Source: Leptonemataceae bacterium (GTDB lineage: Bacteria; Spirochaetota; Leptospiria; Leptospirales; Leptonemataceae). Taken from it: a DNA stretch of 64,000 nucleotides. Positions 49,874 to 58,701 of the stretch are shown here, one piece after another; position 1 is the first letter of the stretch; each line of letters begins with the position of its first letter. The notes under the pieces are model-generated. The model searched no databases. It was not told the DNA's origin and saw only the letters and a list, made by a program, of their open reading frames with translations. The DNA lies in NCBI GenBank assembly GCA_965227295.1, contig OZ245742.1:2016001-2080000 (forward strand), in the 5' to 3' direction. The translations under genes were made by a program, and so were the position numbers.

Positions 49874-50730
49874 CTGGGTTTTTCGGCGTAGACGCGGCCG
49901 TAGCACCACAGCCCGCGCTTCAGCGCCCGGTACTGGTCCCGGGCTCCGATGATGTTGTCGGTCTGGGTGCGGCTGCGAATGCGCAGCAACTCCGCGATGC
50001 GTCCGAGAAAGATCGTCGGCACGGCCAGACGGTAGAGTCGCCGGGCGGAGGGCAGGACACGTTCGGTAATATCTTCGAAAGCAACGTTAGTGAAGCCGGC
50101 TGCTTCGGCGTCGCGGACGAAGCCGGCGTGATCGGCCAGGTTGTCGACGGCCCAGCCGTTCACCCAGGATTTCAGCACGGCGGCGTCCTCGCCGTCGTGT
50201 TCGTGCCACGGCCGTTTGACGAAGCCGTCGCAGAGGATCAGCCGGCCGCCGGGTTTCAGCACGCGGAACGCTTCGCGCAGAAAGTCGGCTTTCACGGCGG
50301 CGTGGCAGACGCTCTCCACGGCCCAGACGACGCTGAACGTCGCGTCTTCGAAACGCGTGTCCGTGAAATCCCGAACCAGAAACTCGAATTGTTCGTCCGG
50401 GAGTTCGGCCGCCCGGGCGAAACCCCGCGCCTGCTCGATTTGCCGGCCCGCCAGGGAGATTCCCGTAACTTTACATCCGTAAGTGCTAGCAAGATGGATC
50501 GAAGATCCGCCCACGCCGCAGCCCGCGTCCAGCACGTGATCCGCGGACGAGATTCCGGCGAGTTCGGCGAGCCAGTCGTTCTGGCGGATGAGGGCCTGGG
50601 AGAGATTGCGCACGCCCTCGTCCCAGTAACCGTAGTGCAACGCCTTCGCGTCGTTCAGGTTCCAGAGCCAGCGATAATCGATTTCACAAGAATCATAGTA
50701 TTCAATAATTTTGTCGCTGGTAATTGCCAT
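49870..50730 (-). CDS. SAM-dependent methyltransferase (tocopherol/sterol MT-like)
   Basis: LHYGYW, VLDAGCGVGG, VWAVES.CH, LKPGG; stop overlaps kinase start (ATGA). Confidence 0.9.
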   Translation of the reverse strand: MAITSDKIIEYYDSCEIDYRWLWNLNDAKALHYGYWDEGVRNLSQALIRQNDWLAELAGISSADHVLDAGCGVGGSSIHLASTYGCKVTGISLAGRQIEQARGFARAAELPDEQFEFLVRDFTDTRFEDATFSVVWAVESVCHAAVKADFLREAFRVLKPGGRLILCDGFVKRPWHEHDGEDAAVLKSWVNGWAVDNLADHAGFVRDAEAAGFTNVAFEDITERVLPSARRLYRLAVPTIFLGRIAELLRIRSRTQTDNIIGARDQYRALKRGLWCYGRVYAEKPR

Positions 50731-50856
50731 TCCTGTTCCAAAAATGAGGTATATACCGTGCTTATCAACGATATAAACGATGCTCACGATGATTGACGTC
50801 TTTTGATCGCCGGGTTATCATCGCCGAGCATCAATAAAACTTAGCGAAGATCAGTT

Positions 50857-51663
50857 ATGTCCAAAACCCGTCCCGCTGCCCTGGCCGGCACGTTCTACCC
50901 CGCCGATCCCCGCGCGCTGCGCGATGAGGTGGGGGCCTGTCTGGACGCCGCCCCGGAACATCCCGGCGCGCCGGAGGCCGTCATTGCCCCACACGCCGGC
51001 TACATGTACTCCGGTGTCGTCGCCGGCCGGGCCTATCACGCCTGGCGCGGGCTTGCCGGAATCGAACGCGTCATCCTGGCCGGGCCGTGCCATCGCAAAC
51101 CGGTGCGGGGCCTGGCCCTGTCCGGCGCGGATGCCTTCGAGACCCCGCTCGGTTCCGTGGCCGTGGACGTGCCGGCCCGGGAACGCCTGCTGTCTGAGTT
51201 CGGCCCCGAACACCTGCGCATCGACGACGAGGCCCACGCGCACGAGCACAGCCTCGAAGTGCAGCTTCCGTTTATTCAGACGATATTTCCGGGCGCAAAA
51301 ATACTGCCGCTGGGCGTGGGTCGGGGTGGTCCGGACATTTTTCGGGCGGTGCTGGAGCTTTTTCAGGATGATGCGACCCGGGTGGTTGTGAGTTCGGATC
51401 TGAGCCATTTTCACGCGTTCGACGAGGCCCGGCGGCGGGATCGGCGGACCTCGGATCACATCGAGGCCGGGCGGGGCGCGGAGATCGGCTACGAGGACGC
51501 CTGCGGCCGGGACGCCGTGGCCGGGCTGCTGCAATATGCCGCCGGTCGGGGTCTGCGCGCGCTGACGGTGGACCTGCGGAACTCCGGGGACACTGCCGGT
51601 CGCAAGGACCGCGTGGTGGGCTACGGGGCCTATCATCTTACCGCCCGGGCGGAACCGGCGTGA
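50857..51663 (+). CDS. amrB: AmmeMemoRadiSam protein B (Memo)
   Basis: RPAALAGTFYP, APHAGYMYSG, EHSLEVQLPF, SSDLSHF, ACG, VVGYG. Confidence 0.95.
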   Translation: MSKTRPAALAGTFYPADPRALRDEVGACLDAAPEHPGAPEAVIAPHAGYMYSGVVAGRAYHAWRGLAGIERVILAGPCHRKPVRGLALSGADAFETPLGSVAVDVPARERLLSEFGPEHLRIDDEAHAHEHSLEVQLPFIQTIFPGAKILPLGVGRGGPDIFRAVLELFQDDATRVVVSSDLSHFHAFDEARRRDRRTSDHIEAGRGAEIGYEDACGRDAVAGLLQYAAGRGLRALTVDLRNSGDTAGRKDRVVGYGAYHLTARAEPA

Positions 51664-52283
51664 CCGTCGACGACGAAGCCGTGCTGCTCGCAGCGGCCCG
51701 GCGGTCGATGGAACGCGAGCTGGAGCGCCGGGAGAGCGGGGCGGATCGGCGTGCGGACGCCCTGGACCGGTCGTACGCGGAGGAGGTCGGGCGGGATCGG
51801 CCGGAGCTGCGGGAGCCGGGGGCGAGCTTCGTAACCCTGCGCACGGCGGAAACCGGCAAGCTGCGGGGCTGCATCGGCAGTCTGGAACCGGAACGCCCGC
51901 TGCTGCTCGACGTCTTGCGGAATGCGCGCCGGGCCGCCTTTCACGATCCGCGCTTTCCGGCCCTGGAGCGGGAGGAGTACCAGGCGGGCTTGCATCTCTC
52001 GATCTCCGTGCTCGGCCGTCCGGAGCCCCTGCCGGCGGGCCCGGACGAGGCGGCGTTCCTGAAACGGCTCCGGCCGGGCGTGGACGGCCTGGTGCTCAAA
52101 CACGCCTCGGGACGGGCGACCTTTTTGCCGGCGGTGTGGGAACAGCTTCCGGCCCCGGTGGAATTCTTGCGCCAGCTCAAACGCAAGGCCGGCCTGCCGG
52201 AGGACGCCTGGCCGGCCGACCTCCGTTTCGAGCGTTACGAAACTCGTTCATTCAGTGATGCCGTTAGTATGAAAAGAGATTGA
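51660..52283 (+). CDS. amrA: AmmeMemoRadiSam protein A (AMMECR1)
   Basis: [36 protein letters not shown]. Confidence 0.95.
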   Translation: MTVDDEAVLLAAARRSMERELERRESGADRRADALDRSYAEEVGRDRPELREPGASFVTLRTAETGKLRGCIGSLEPERPLLLDVLRNARRAAFHDPRFPALEREEYQAGLHLSISVLGRPEPLPAGPDEAAFLKRLRPGVDGLVLKHASGRATFLPAVWEQLPAPVEFLRQLKRKAGLPEDAWPADLRFERYETRSFSDAVSMKRD

Positions 52284-52320
52284 CGTACCGGGTGCCTTTT
52301 CGATACAACACCTGAATCCG

Positions 52321-52725
52321 ATGTCCTCACGGAACAGTAATCTGAATTTTGGCTCCGGTCCGGACAATACGGACGGCCTCCAACTCAAGCTCACCTTCGA
52401 CGAGGACACGCGCACGGTCTACGGCGAGTACCGTTGCCCGCCGAAGTTCCAGGGCGACGAAGGCAACGTCCATCCCGGCGTCCTGTCCGTAATCCTCGAC
52501 GAGATCATGGCCGCGATCAACGGCGCCATGAATTTCGACACCACCACCGGTGAACTCACCATTCGCTATTTGCAGCCGGCCATGATCGGCGAGAACATGT
52601 ACCTGCGCGGCTGGTTCGTTAAAAAGAACCGTCGCATTGTAGAAAACCGCGCCGAGATCGAAAACGAGATCGGCAAGATCGTCGCGCGCGGCAAAGGCAA
52701 GTACATCGAACGCGAAGAAGACTGA
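52321..52725 (+). CDS. PaaI/hotdog-fold thioesterase
   Basis: FQG..G.VHPGVLS.ILDE, T.ELTIRYL.P. Confidence 0.85.
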   Translation: MSSRNSNLNFGSGPDNTDGLQLKLTFDEDTRTVYGEYRCPPKFQGDEGNVHPGVLSVILDEIMAAINGAMNFDTTTGELTIRYLQPAMIGENMYLRGWFVKKNRRIVENRAEIENEIGKIVARGKGKYIEREED

Positions 52726-52856
52726 GCGCCTGCGGGAGCGAGGGACGGACGTGTCCGCTTCGAGCGAGTTTGATCACTACGTAAAAGGCTACCCCGAGAT
52801 TCTACAGGCCTGCGCCCGTGTTCTGGACGCGGTCTACGCGCGTTTTCTGATATTTT

Positions 52857-53387
52857 TTGACAGAAACAGTGGTCTCGCCATTTTCGGTAAGGCGGGTTCG
52901 TGCGTTGAAGTCAGTAGAGAAATACTATTGCGAGCTATATGCGGACGAAGATCTGACCGCGCTGCTCAGATTTTTTTCGGAGAATCCTACCAAAATGCTG
53001 CGGGATCGCCCGCTTCAGGTGCTTCAGGCATCGGTTGATCACAGACAGATGATTGTCGTCCGCGCGGAGGATTCTGACCTGATTGTTGGAACGGCCGCGG
53101 TTTTTCAGTTTCTTGACATGCAGTATGTGGAACTCGGTTGCATGAGCCTGGGTTCGGCTGTTCGTGGGCAGCGTTTGCAGAGTGTTTTGATTGCGATGCG
53201 GATTTTGCAAAGCTATCTGCTGGCCGCCCGCCACGTATTCTGCGTGGTGAAAAAATATGAAGCAAAGACTGAGGAGCGGACACGATCTTATAAAAACCTT
53301 TTGCGTGCGAACTTTGAGGAATGGGAACAACCACCTGATGAACTAAAGGCCGCCCGGGCAAAACTCTTAACGTCGGAAAGTGCATAA
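52857..53387 (+). CDS. Divergent GNAT-like protein
   Basis: IVGTAAVF, VELG.M.L..AVRGQRLQ (acetyl-CoA loop-like), S.KNL.RANF; start uncertain. Confidence 0.55.
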   Translation: MTETVVSPFSVRRVRALKSVEKYYCELYADEDLTALLRFFSENPTKMLRDRPLQVLQASVDHRQMIVVRAEDSDLIVGTAAVFQFLDMQYVELGCMSLGSAVRGQRLQSVLIAMRILQSYLLAARHVFCVVKKYEAKTEERTRSYKNLLRANFEEWEQPPDELKAARAKLLTSESA

Positions 53388-53463
53388 TTTTACCATGCAA
53401 TTTTATTGCATTTTGCAACAAAAGGCTTGACGCGGTTGCATTCTGTGCCGAAATTTAAATGTA

Positions 53464-53802
53464 ATGAAAACCCGGGTTCGATCATTAAGCTCCTTGCTTC
53501 AGCGCATTTCGCAGGAGCAGTTGGCGGAGATTCTGGACGTTTTGAATCATCTCGTCAAATCCCCGGACGAAGTGTCAGATGAAGATTTTGTTGCCGCGGT
53601 TCGTGTCTGTAGTGAATTTTTGAATTTCTCGACGCAGGACCTGGCGATAGAGTTTGCCGTTACGCCGAGCACGATCAGTCGCTGGAAAAACGGCAAGAAT
53701 ATGCCGATTCATCTCGCGCGCAAAGCCGTCCTCATGCGAGTGGCGGCGGCTGTTTCTGAACGAATCGAGCTGATGAGAGAAGACGCATCCTCTCGCGCGT
53801 GA
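53464..53802 (+). CDS. XRE-family HTH protein
   Basis: STQDLAIEFAVTPSTISRWKNGKNMP. Confidence 0.8.
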   Translation: MKTRVRSLSSLLQRISQEQLAEILDVLNHLVKSPDEVSDEDFVAAVRVCSEFLNFSTQDLAIEFAVTPSTISRWKNGKNMPIHLARKAVLMRVAAAVSERIELMREDASSRA

Positions 53803-53883
53803 TATGCGCATCATCCTGTAGATGACGTTTGTTTGCTGTTAGCAATTCCAGGATCGCAGCGGGCCTTTTCCTTTCCGGAGACC

Positions 53884-54780
53884 TTATCTCTTCTTGAGTT
53901 TGAGAAGCACGTACTTCTTCTTTTCCTGGAACGTTTCCGGTCGAACCTTGCCGACTTCTTTTTCCAGCTTGCCGTCGATGTAGTCGCGGATGCGTTGCGT
54001 GAGATAGTAGAGCCGCGGCCGCTTGTGCTTCAGCTTTTCGTAGCCGTAGTGTTTGAGCGGGAAGATGAATCGATTCGCGTACATGGTTACGAACGACAGC
54101 GTCGGCAGGATGTTCGGCGTGATGTCCTGTTCGTACTCCAGGTCCCAGCCGTACTGCTCCGCCGTCTCGTGGAAGTTCTTCAGGTTGTGCGGCTTTTTCG
54201 TGTCGCCCAGACTGAAGTAATCGCAGATGATCCAGTTGCCGCCGGGGGCGATGAGTTCTTCCGTTTTGTTGAACGCCGCCTCGAGCGGAAAGACATACTG
54301 CAACGACTCGGAGTTGATGATGGTGCCGTAGCGTTTCCCGGCTTCGTAGTGTTCGTAGTTGGAATGGTGCGTCGTAAGCTCGGGGTAGTGCTGCTTGATG
54401 TACTCGATTTGATTGAGGTTCGGCGTGAGGCTTTCCACGGGATAGCCGCGGCTGTTCAGCATTTGCGATAATCCACCCAGGCCGCAGCCGACGTCGAGGA
54501 TGGCTTTGTCTTTGTCCTCCACCAGCGCGATGATGTTTTCCCAGTACTGTTTTTGCGCGTCTTCGAAGTCCTGAAAGGAGATGGACTTCGGGTCGACGTC
54601 GACATCCTCGAAGTAGCCGTAGTGCAGCATGTTGTTCGTGAGAACTTTCGAGTAGAGGTAAAGTTCCAGGTCGTAGTTGACCTTGTCCGCCTTGCGGTTC
54701 TTGCGGGCAAAACTTCCGGCTTTGAACCACTGGATGGGATTGAGGAACGGCGTGATGAGCTTCATAATCGGTGGCGCCAT
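53884..54780 (-). CDS. Class I SAM-dependent methyltransferase
   Basis: LHYGYF, ILDVGCGLGG, SESLQY, PGG.WII.DYF. Confidence 0.88.
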   Translation of the reverse strand: MAPPIMKLITPFLNPIQWFKAGSFARKNRKADKVNYDLELYLYSKVLTNNMLHYGYFEDVDVDPKSISFQDFEDAQKQYWENIIALVEDKDKAILDVGCGLGGLSQMLNSRGYPVESLTPNLNQIEYIKQHYPELTTHHSNYEHYEAGKRYGTIINSESLQYVFPLEAAFNKTEELIAPGGNWIICDYFSLGDTKKPHNLKNFHETAEQYGWDLEYEQDITPNILPTLSFVTMYANRFIFPLKHYGYEKLKHKRPRLYYLTQRIRDYIDGKLEKEVGKVRPETFQEKKKYVLLKLKKR

Positions 54781-54849
54781 GGAATTGACGGCGGACGGAT
54801 TCGTCTATTATGATTGTGGCGCGGTGGCGCGGCGGAGGTCAGCGGCGGG

Positions 54850-55841
54850 ATGGATTATGCTCAGCTTTTACAGAACATCGGCGCGATGCACCGAAAGGCC
54901 GACGCGGCGGCGCGCCTGGGTTTGAACGCGGCCGTGCTGGATTCCCGGCGGGAGATCGGCCGGTTGCTCGTCGAGGGCGAGATGGACGGCGCCCTGCGCG
55001 CTCGCTACGGTTCGGAGCTGCTTAAGAATCTTGCAGTTGATCTTAAGGAGACGTTGGGCCCGGGTTACTCGCAGCGCGGCCTGCACATGATGGCGCTGTT
55101 CTTTCGTTTGTTTCGCGGGCGCAGGCTGCGCTACGAGCTGAACTGGACGTCGTATCGGGTGCTGTTGCTCGTGAAAGACGATGCGTTGCGCGGCGTTCGG
55201 AACGTGAGGCGGCGGATTTGCTGTTGTCCACGCGGCAACTGGAAGCGCTGGTTCGGGAGCGCCTGGGCAAAGCGCCGCGCACGTTCGCGTGGGATCGTCC
55301 GGCGGGGGAATTGTTTTCGTTTCGCGTGCGGCGGACGATCGCCGGCTTTCCCACGGCGCATCCGGTGCTGGACCTGGGCTTCGCGTTGTACTTTCGGCCG
55401 GACTGTCCGGAGCTGGATTCGTTCGCGGACGACGAGACGGTGCTGTCGGTTAAAGATTCGGTGAGTGGAAGTTACCGTTTAACGGCCGGCGCCGATCCCG
55501 GCGCGCGGCATTTGTATGCGGCGCAGGTGATGCGCGTGATCGACGGCGATACGTTCCTGGCGTTCATTGATTGCGGCTTCGGCATGATCGTTCGCCAGCG
55601 TTTGCGTTTGCGGCGCGTGGACGCTCCGGAATTGCACGAGCGCGGCGGGAAGGAGGCGCGGGCGTTCGTGGAAGCGCGCTTGCGGCCGCGGCAGGTGGTG
55701 GTGCTGCGGACGTTTCGGACGGATAAGTATGATCGGTATGTTTGTGATGTTTGGTACGGGAAGGCCGGGGCGGATGCGGCGCGTGTGGTGCGGGAGGGCG
55801 TGTTGTTGAATGAGGAGATGGTTGGGTTGGGGTGGGGGTGA
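54850..55841 (+). pseudogene. DUF1016(YhcG)-N-terminal domain + thermonuclease fusion, frameshifted near 55190-55200
   Basis: First frame: EIGR.LVE.E..G..RARYG..LL..LA.DL..GYS.R.L..M, LNWTSY..LL. Second frame: LSTRQLE then RVIDGDT..D.GF..RLRL..VDAPE, DKYDRY..DV. Confidence 0.8.
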
Positions 55842-55842
55842 G

Positions 55843-56460
55843 TTATAGAGAAGACATGACGACGCGAACTTTTCCCTCGATGTTGAATTCCCGCCCAATT
55901 TCTATTGGCTTAAAGTCTGGATTGAGCGACTCCAGCAAACAAATCCCACTATCGAGTTTGCGTATCACCTTTATGAGCGGGGAGCCCTCGTTAACGCAAA
56001 CGACGATATCTCCGTCATTCGCTGCCTGGGCCTTTTCTGCGATTACGATATCTCCGTTGTGTATGCGGGGCACCATTGAGCTACCGCGGGCTTGAACGAT
56101 GAAAGCCCGATCCGGCGGGAAGCCCAAGAGTCTTATGGGAACGGGGATTCGCTCAATAGGATTGCCATCGAGTATCGATCCACTGGGCCCGCACTGAGCA
56201 AGACCGTAGCGATTAACGTATGCAATTGCCTTCTGGATCGGATCACTGAGTATTTGGTAATCTCGAGAATTTCCGGGATTCCGTAGCAAGTAGCCTTTTT
56301 TTTCCAATTGCGTGACGTGATGATGAACGAGATTGGGCGCGGACAATCCCAGCTCTTCCTGTAATTCCCGCATACTCAACGGCTCGTCGATCGTTTCCCT
56401 GAGTAAAGAGAGCAAACGCTTCTGAGTCGGATGCAGCTCGCCTTTCTTTGATCTAGCCAT
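55843..56460 (-). CDS. LexA-like repressor (wHTH + S24 autopeptidase)
   Basis: LHPTQK.LL, PLSMRELQEELGLS...V.HH..QLEKKGYL.R; AQCG cleavage-site region; GSSM (Ser); GDIVI; LIK (Lys); SLNPDF; IEGKV. Confidence 0.9.
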   Translation of the reverse strand: MARSKKGELHPTQKRLLSLLRETIDEPLSMRELQEELGLSAPNLVHHHVTQLEKKGYLLRNPGNSRDYQILSDPIQKAIAYVNRYGLAQCGPSGSILDGNPIERIPVPIRLLGFPPDRAFIVQARGSSMVPRIHNGDIVIAEKAQAANDGDIVVCVNEGSPLIKVIRKLDSGICLLESLNPDFKPIEIGREFNIEGKVRVVMSSL

Positions 56461-56991
56461 TTACTAAGTATATGATTAGTGTGTGAGTCGAGCACGCAAT
56501 AGAAAAAGCTTTCTAAGTCTATGAAAAAGTGTACAATAATTTCCTTGCAGTAGTTTTTGTACCACAATAGTGTCCAATTATGTGCAAGAGGCATTTCCCG
56601 CGTTCGAATCCGGATACTTCGGGACGCGATAATTTGGGCTGATTTGTGACCCCAAAAAAATCGCTACTGACGAAAAGTTACATTTTGGCACTCAAGAGGG
56701 GTGATTGCTAATTTTTTTCGAAAAAGAGCCAATCCGTCTTGACATCTCGTGAAAAAAGGAATCATTTTTCGTAGGGACAGGATGCCCTGAAAAAAAGGAA
56801 AGCCCCGGCATGGCCGAGGCTTTGTAGTGCTTACTGGCGCAAAGGCCAATAAAGTTGCTAAAAAAAGACTAAATCGCCCGCCCGCGCCAGGTCAAGCACT
56901 ACATTTCGTTTTTGTTCACCTTGGATAGCCCGTTTGGCTATCCGGGGCGCAGCATACCTGTCTCCAAAATCAACATTTTAGGAGACATAGT

Positions 56992-58701
56992 ATGATTCCA
57001 TCGCTCGTTCTGATCGATCCTAGCCTGGGACCAATCGAGAGAGCCGAAATTGACGAGGCACTGGGCGGTACTCCGTTCAATCTCATCAATTGCGACTCCA
57101 GTCTGACCCTCTGGAAGAGCCGGCAGGCGGACTGGGGTTTTCTTAAAAACCAGCAAATCCGTAAATTCGATTCAGTCATCGCACCGGAGCTCCACTCTGC
57201 GGAAGTCCGTGAGATTTACTTTGCCGGGCTTACTTCCATTCCCACGGCGGTCCATTGGGGTTACCTCTGCGGGCGTATACGCCCTGTCAGAGTTCTCCAG
57301 CGCCATCATCGCACTGGTTCGTGGAAATGGGGGGAGGCTGATTTTTCGCCGAAGCCTCTTTGCAGGCTGCCGCAAGAGGAATATTCAGCCTTTGGCGATG
57401 TTGTTCTGTGTGTAAGCACGTCTCATTCCGTGAATTTGGAAGCGGTTCGTCGGCAGGTGCCGAACGCTATTTACACTGCCGCCATTGAGCTGCGGGAACC
57501 CGACGAAGATGCGATTACTTCGCATGAATACTGCGAGCAAATCGCTGACGAATTCAAGTCTATCTTGGATGCAATAAGTACGCGCATTCCCAGGGCTGGT
57601 CGTATTCATCTCTTTGCGGCTGTTCCCTGCGGCCTCGCGTTTATGTTGGGAGCTCGCATTAGTCCGACGATGCATAAACCAATTCAGACCTACAATTATG
57701 TAGATGGTACTCGTTATGCTCCTGCGATTCCGATTTGTCCGAAGCATGAGGAGCCTTTGGTGGTTTTGCTGTCAGGCGGGGAGTGCGCACGCTTGCGAGA
57801 GATCGCACAGGCTGAGTTAACCGGGCTGTCGCGGTCTTTCCTTAATCTTGGAAAGCATATCGAAGCCGGCGATTGGAGAAAGCAGATTGAGAAAGACTTG
57901 GATCTTGAGATAGTCTCTCCGGACTTTGTGAACTTACCTCCGCTGCATGAGACTGACATTAAACACAGCCGTGTTTCAACGAAGGCCGATGACCCCAGGT
58001 TTTTTGATAGGGAGACTCTGGAGTGGAGTGTGTCGGACGAATTACTTGCGATCCTAAGTCGTAACTTCACCGATTCGGACCGCCTCAGACGGGCTCTTCG
58101 TATGTTTTTCATACATGAAGCGCTGCATCCTCATCAGTCGATTACCTCCTATAACTACGGGGGACTCGGGAATTTTACGAATAGTGCCGCCGCTGCGGAC
58201 TACGTTGCGGATGTATACGCGTTGGGTTACGAATACTCGTATACATGCATGTCTCAGGAATGCAATCAAAGGGAATTCCTCAGGGAAGCGATAGAAGTGG
58301 CGATTGAGACAATCTGGGCCTTCAATCACGATAATCAAACGCCTCTCGACCGGCTGGAACTACGCGTTTTTCAAAGGTTACTTACCTGGTACTGGGTACT
58401 TACGAAAATACTGAATTCGGAAGGCTCCCAATTTCAAGAGCTTTTTCGATCCCATTATATCGAGATTATCGGGTTACCGCTGATCGTAGACGACGGCCGA
58501 GTTCACGTTTCGTTACGGCCGGCTGAGATGCGCCTTGAGCTTGGCGCCATCGTCAAAGGTCGTTTTGAACGGTATAGCGAGAATAGCAACCGGCACTTAT
58601 CTAACTTGGTCTCTGCTGTGAGTGAGAGAGGTCATGAACAAATAAAGCATGAGATGCAGGCAATTCATCCTGCTCTGACTACTAAAGGAGTTGCCATATG
58701 A
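56992..58701 (+). CDS. CBASS effector candidate: N-terminal SAVED domain + C-terminal HExxH metallopeptidase-like domain
   Basis: SAVED-like motifs YFAGLTSIPTAVHWGY, QRHH..GSWKW, VLCVSTSHSV, RIHLFAAVPCGLAFMLG, IQTYNY; HEALH at 58114-58128 followed by ADYVADVYAL; aggaga RBS; coupled to the CD-NTase. Confidence 0.85.
   Translation: MIPSLVLIDPSLGPIERAEIDEALGGTPFNLINCDSSLTLWKSRQADWGFLKNQQIRKFDSVIAPELHSAEVREIYFAGLTSIPTAVHWGYLCGRIRPVRVLQRHHRTGSWKWGEADFSPKPLCRLPQEEYSAFGDVVLCVSTSHSVNLEAVRRQVPNAIYTAAIELREPDEDAITSHEYCEQIADEFKSILDAISTRIPRAGRIHLFAAVPCGLAFMLGARISPTMHKPIQTYNYVDGTRYAPAIPICPKHEEPLVVLLSGGECARLREIAQAELTGLSRSFLNLGKHIEAGDWRKQIEKDLDLEIVSPDFVNLPPLHETDIKHSRVSTKADDPRFFDRETLEWSVSDELLAILSRNFTDSDRLRRALRMFFIHEALHPHQSITSYNYGGLGNFTNSAAAADYVADVYALGYEYSYTCMSQECNQREFLREAIEVAIETIWAFNHDNQTPLDRLELRVFQRLLTWYWVLTKILNSEGSQFQELFRSHYIEIIGLPLIVDDGRVHVSLRPAEMRLELGAIVKGRFERYSENSNRHLSNLVSAVSERGHEQIKHEMQAIHPALTTKGVAI

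Noticed and set aside
52751..52860. Programmed frameshift at the T6 run joining ORF 52751 to the GNAT-like ORF
   Set aside because: Possible, but without homologues there is no evidence that the upstream frame is coding.
55843..56460. Prophage repressor marking a prophage
   Set aside because: No integrase, structural or replication phage genes are nearby; the neighbours are defence genes.
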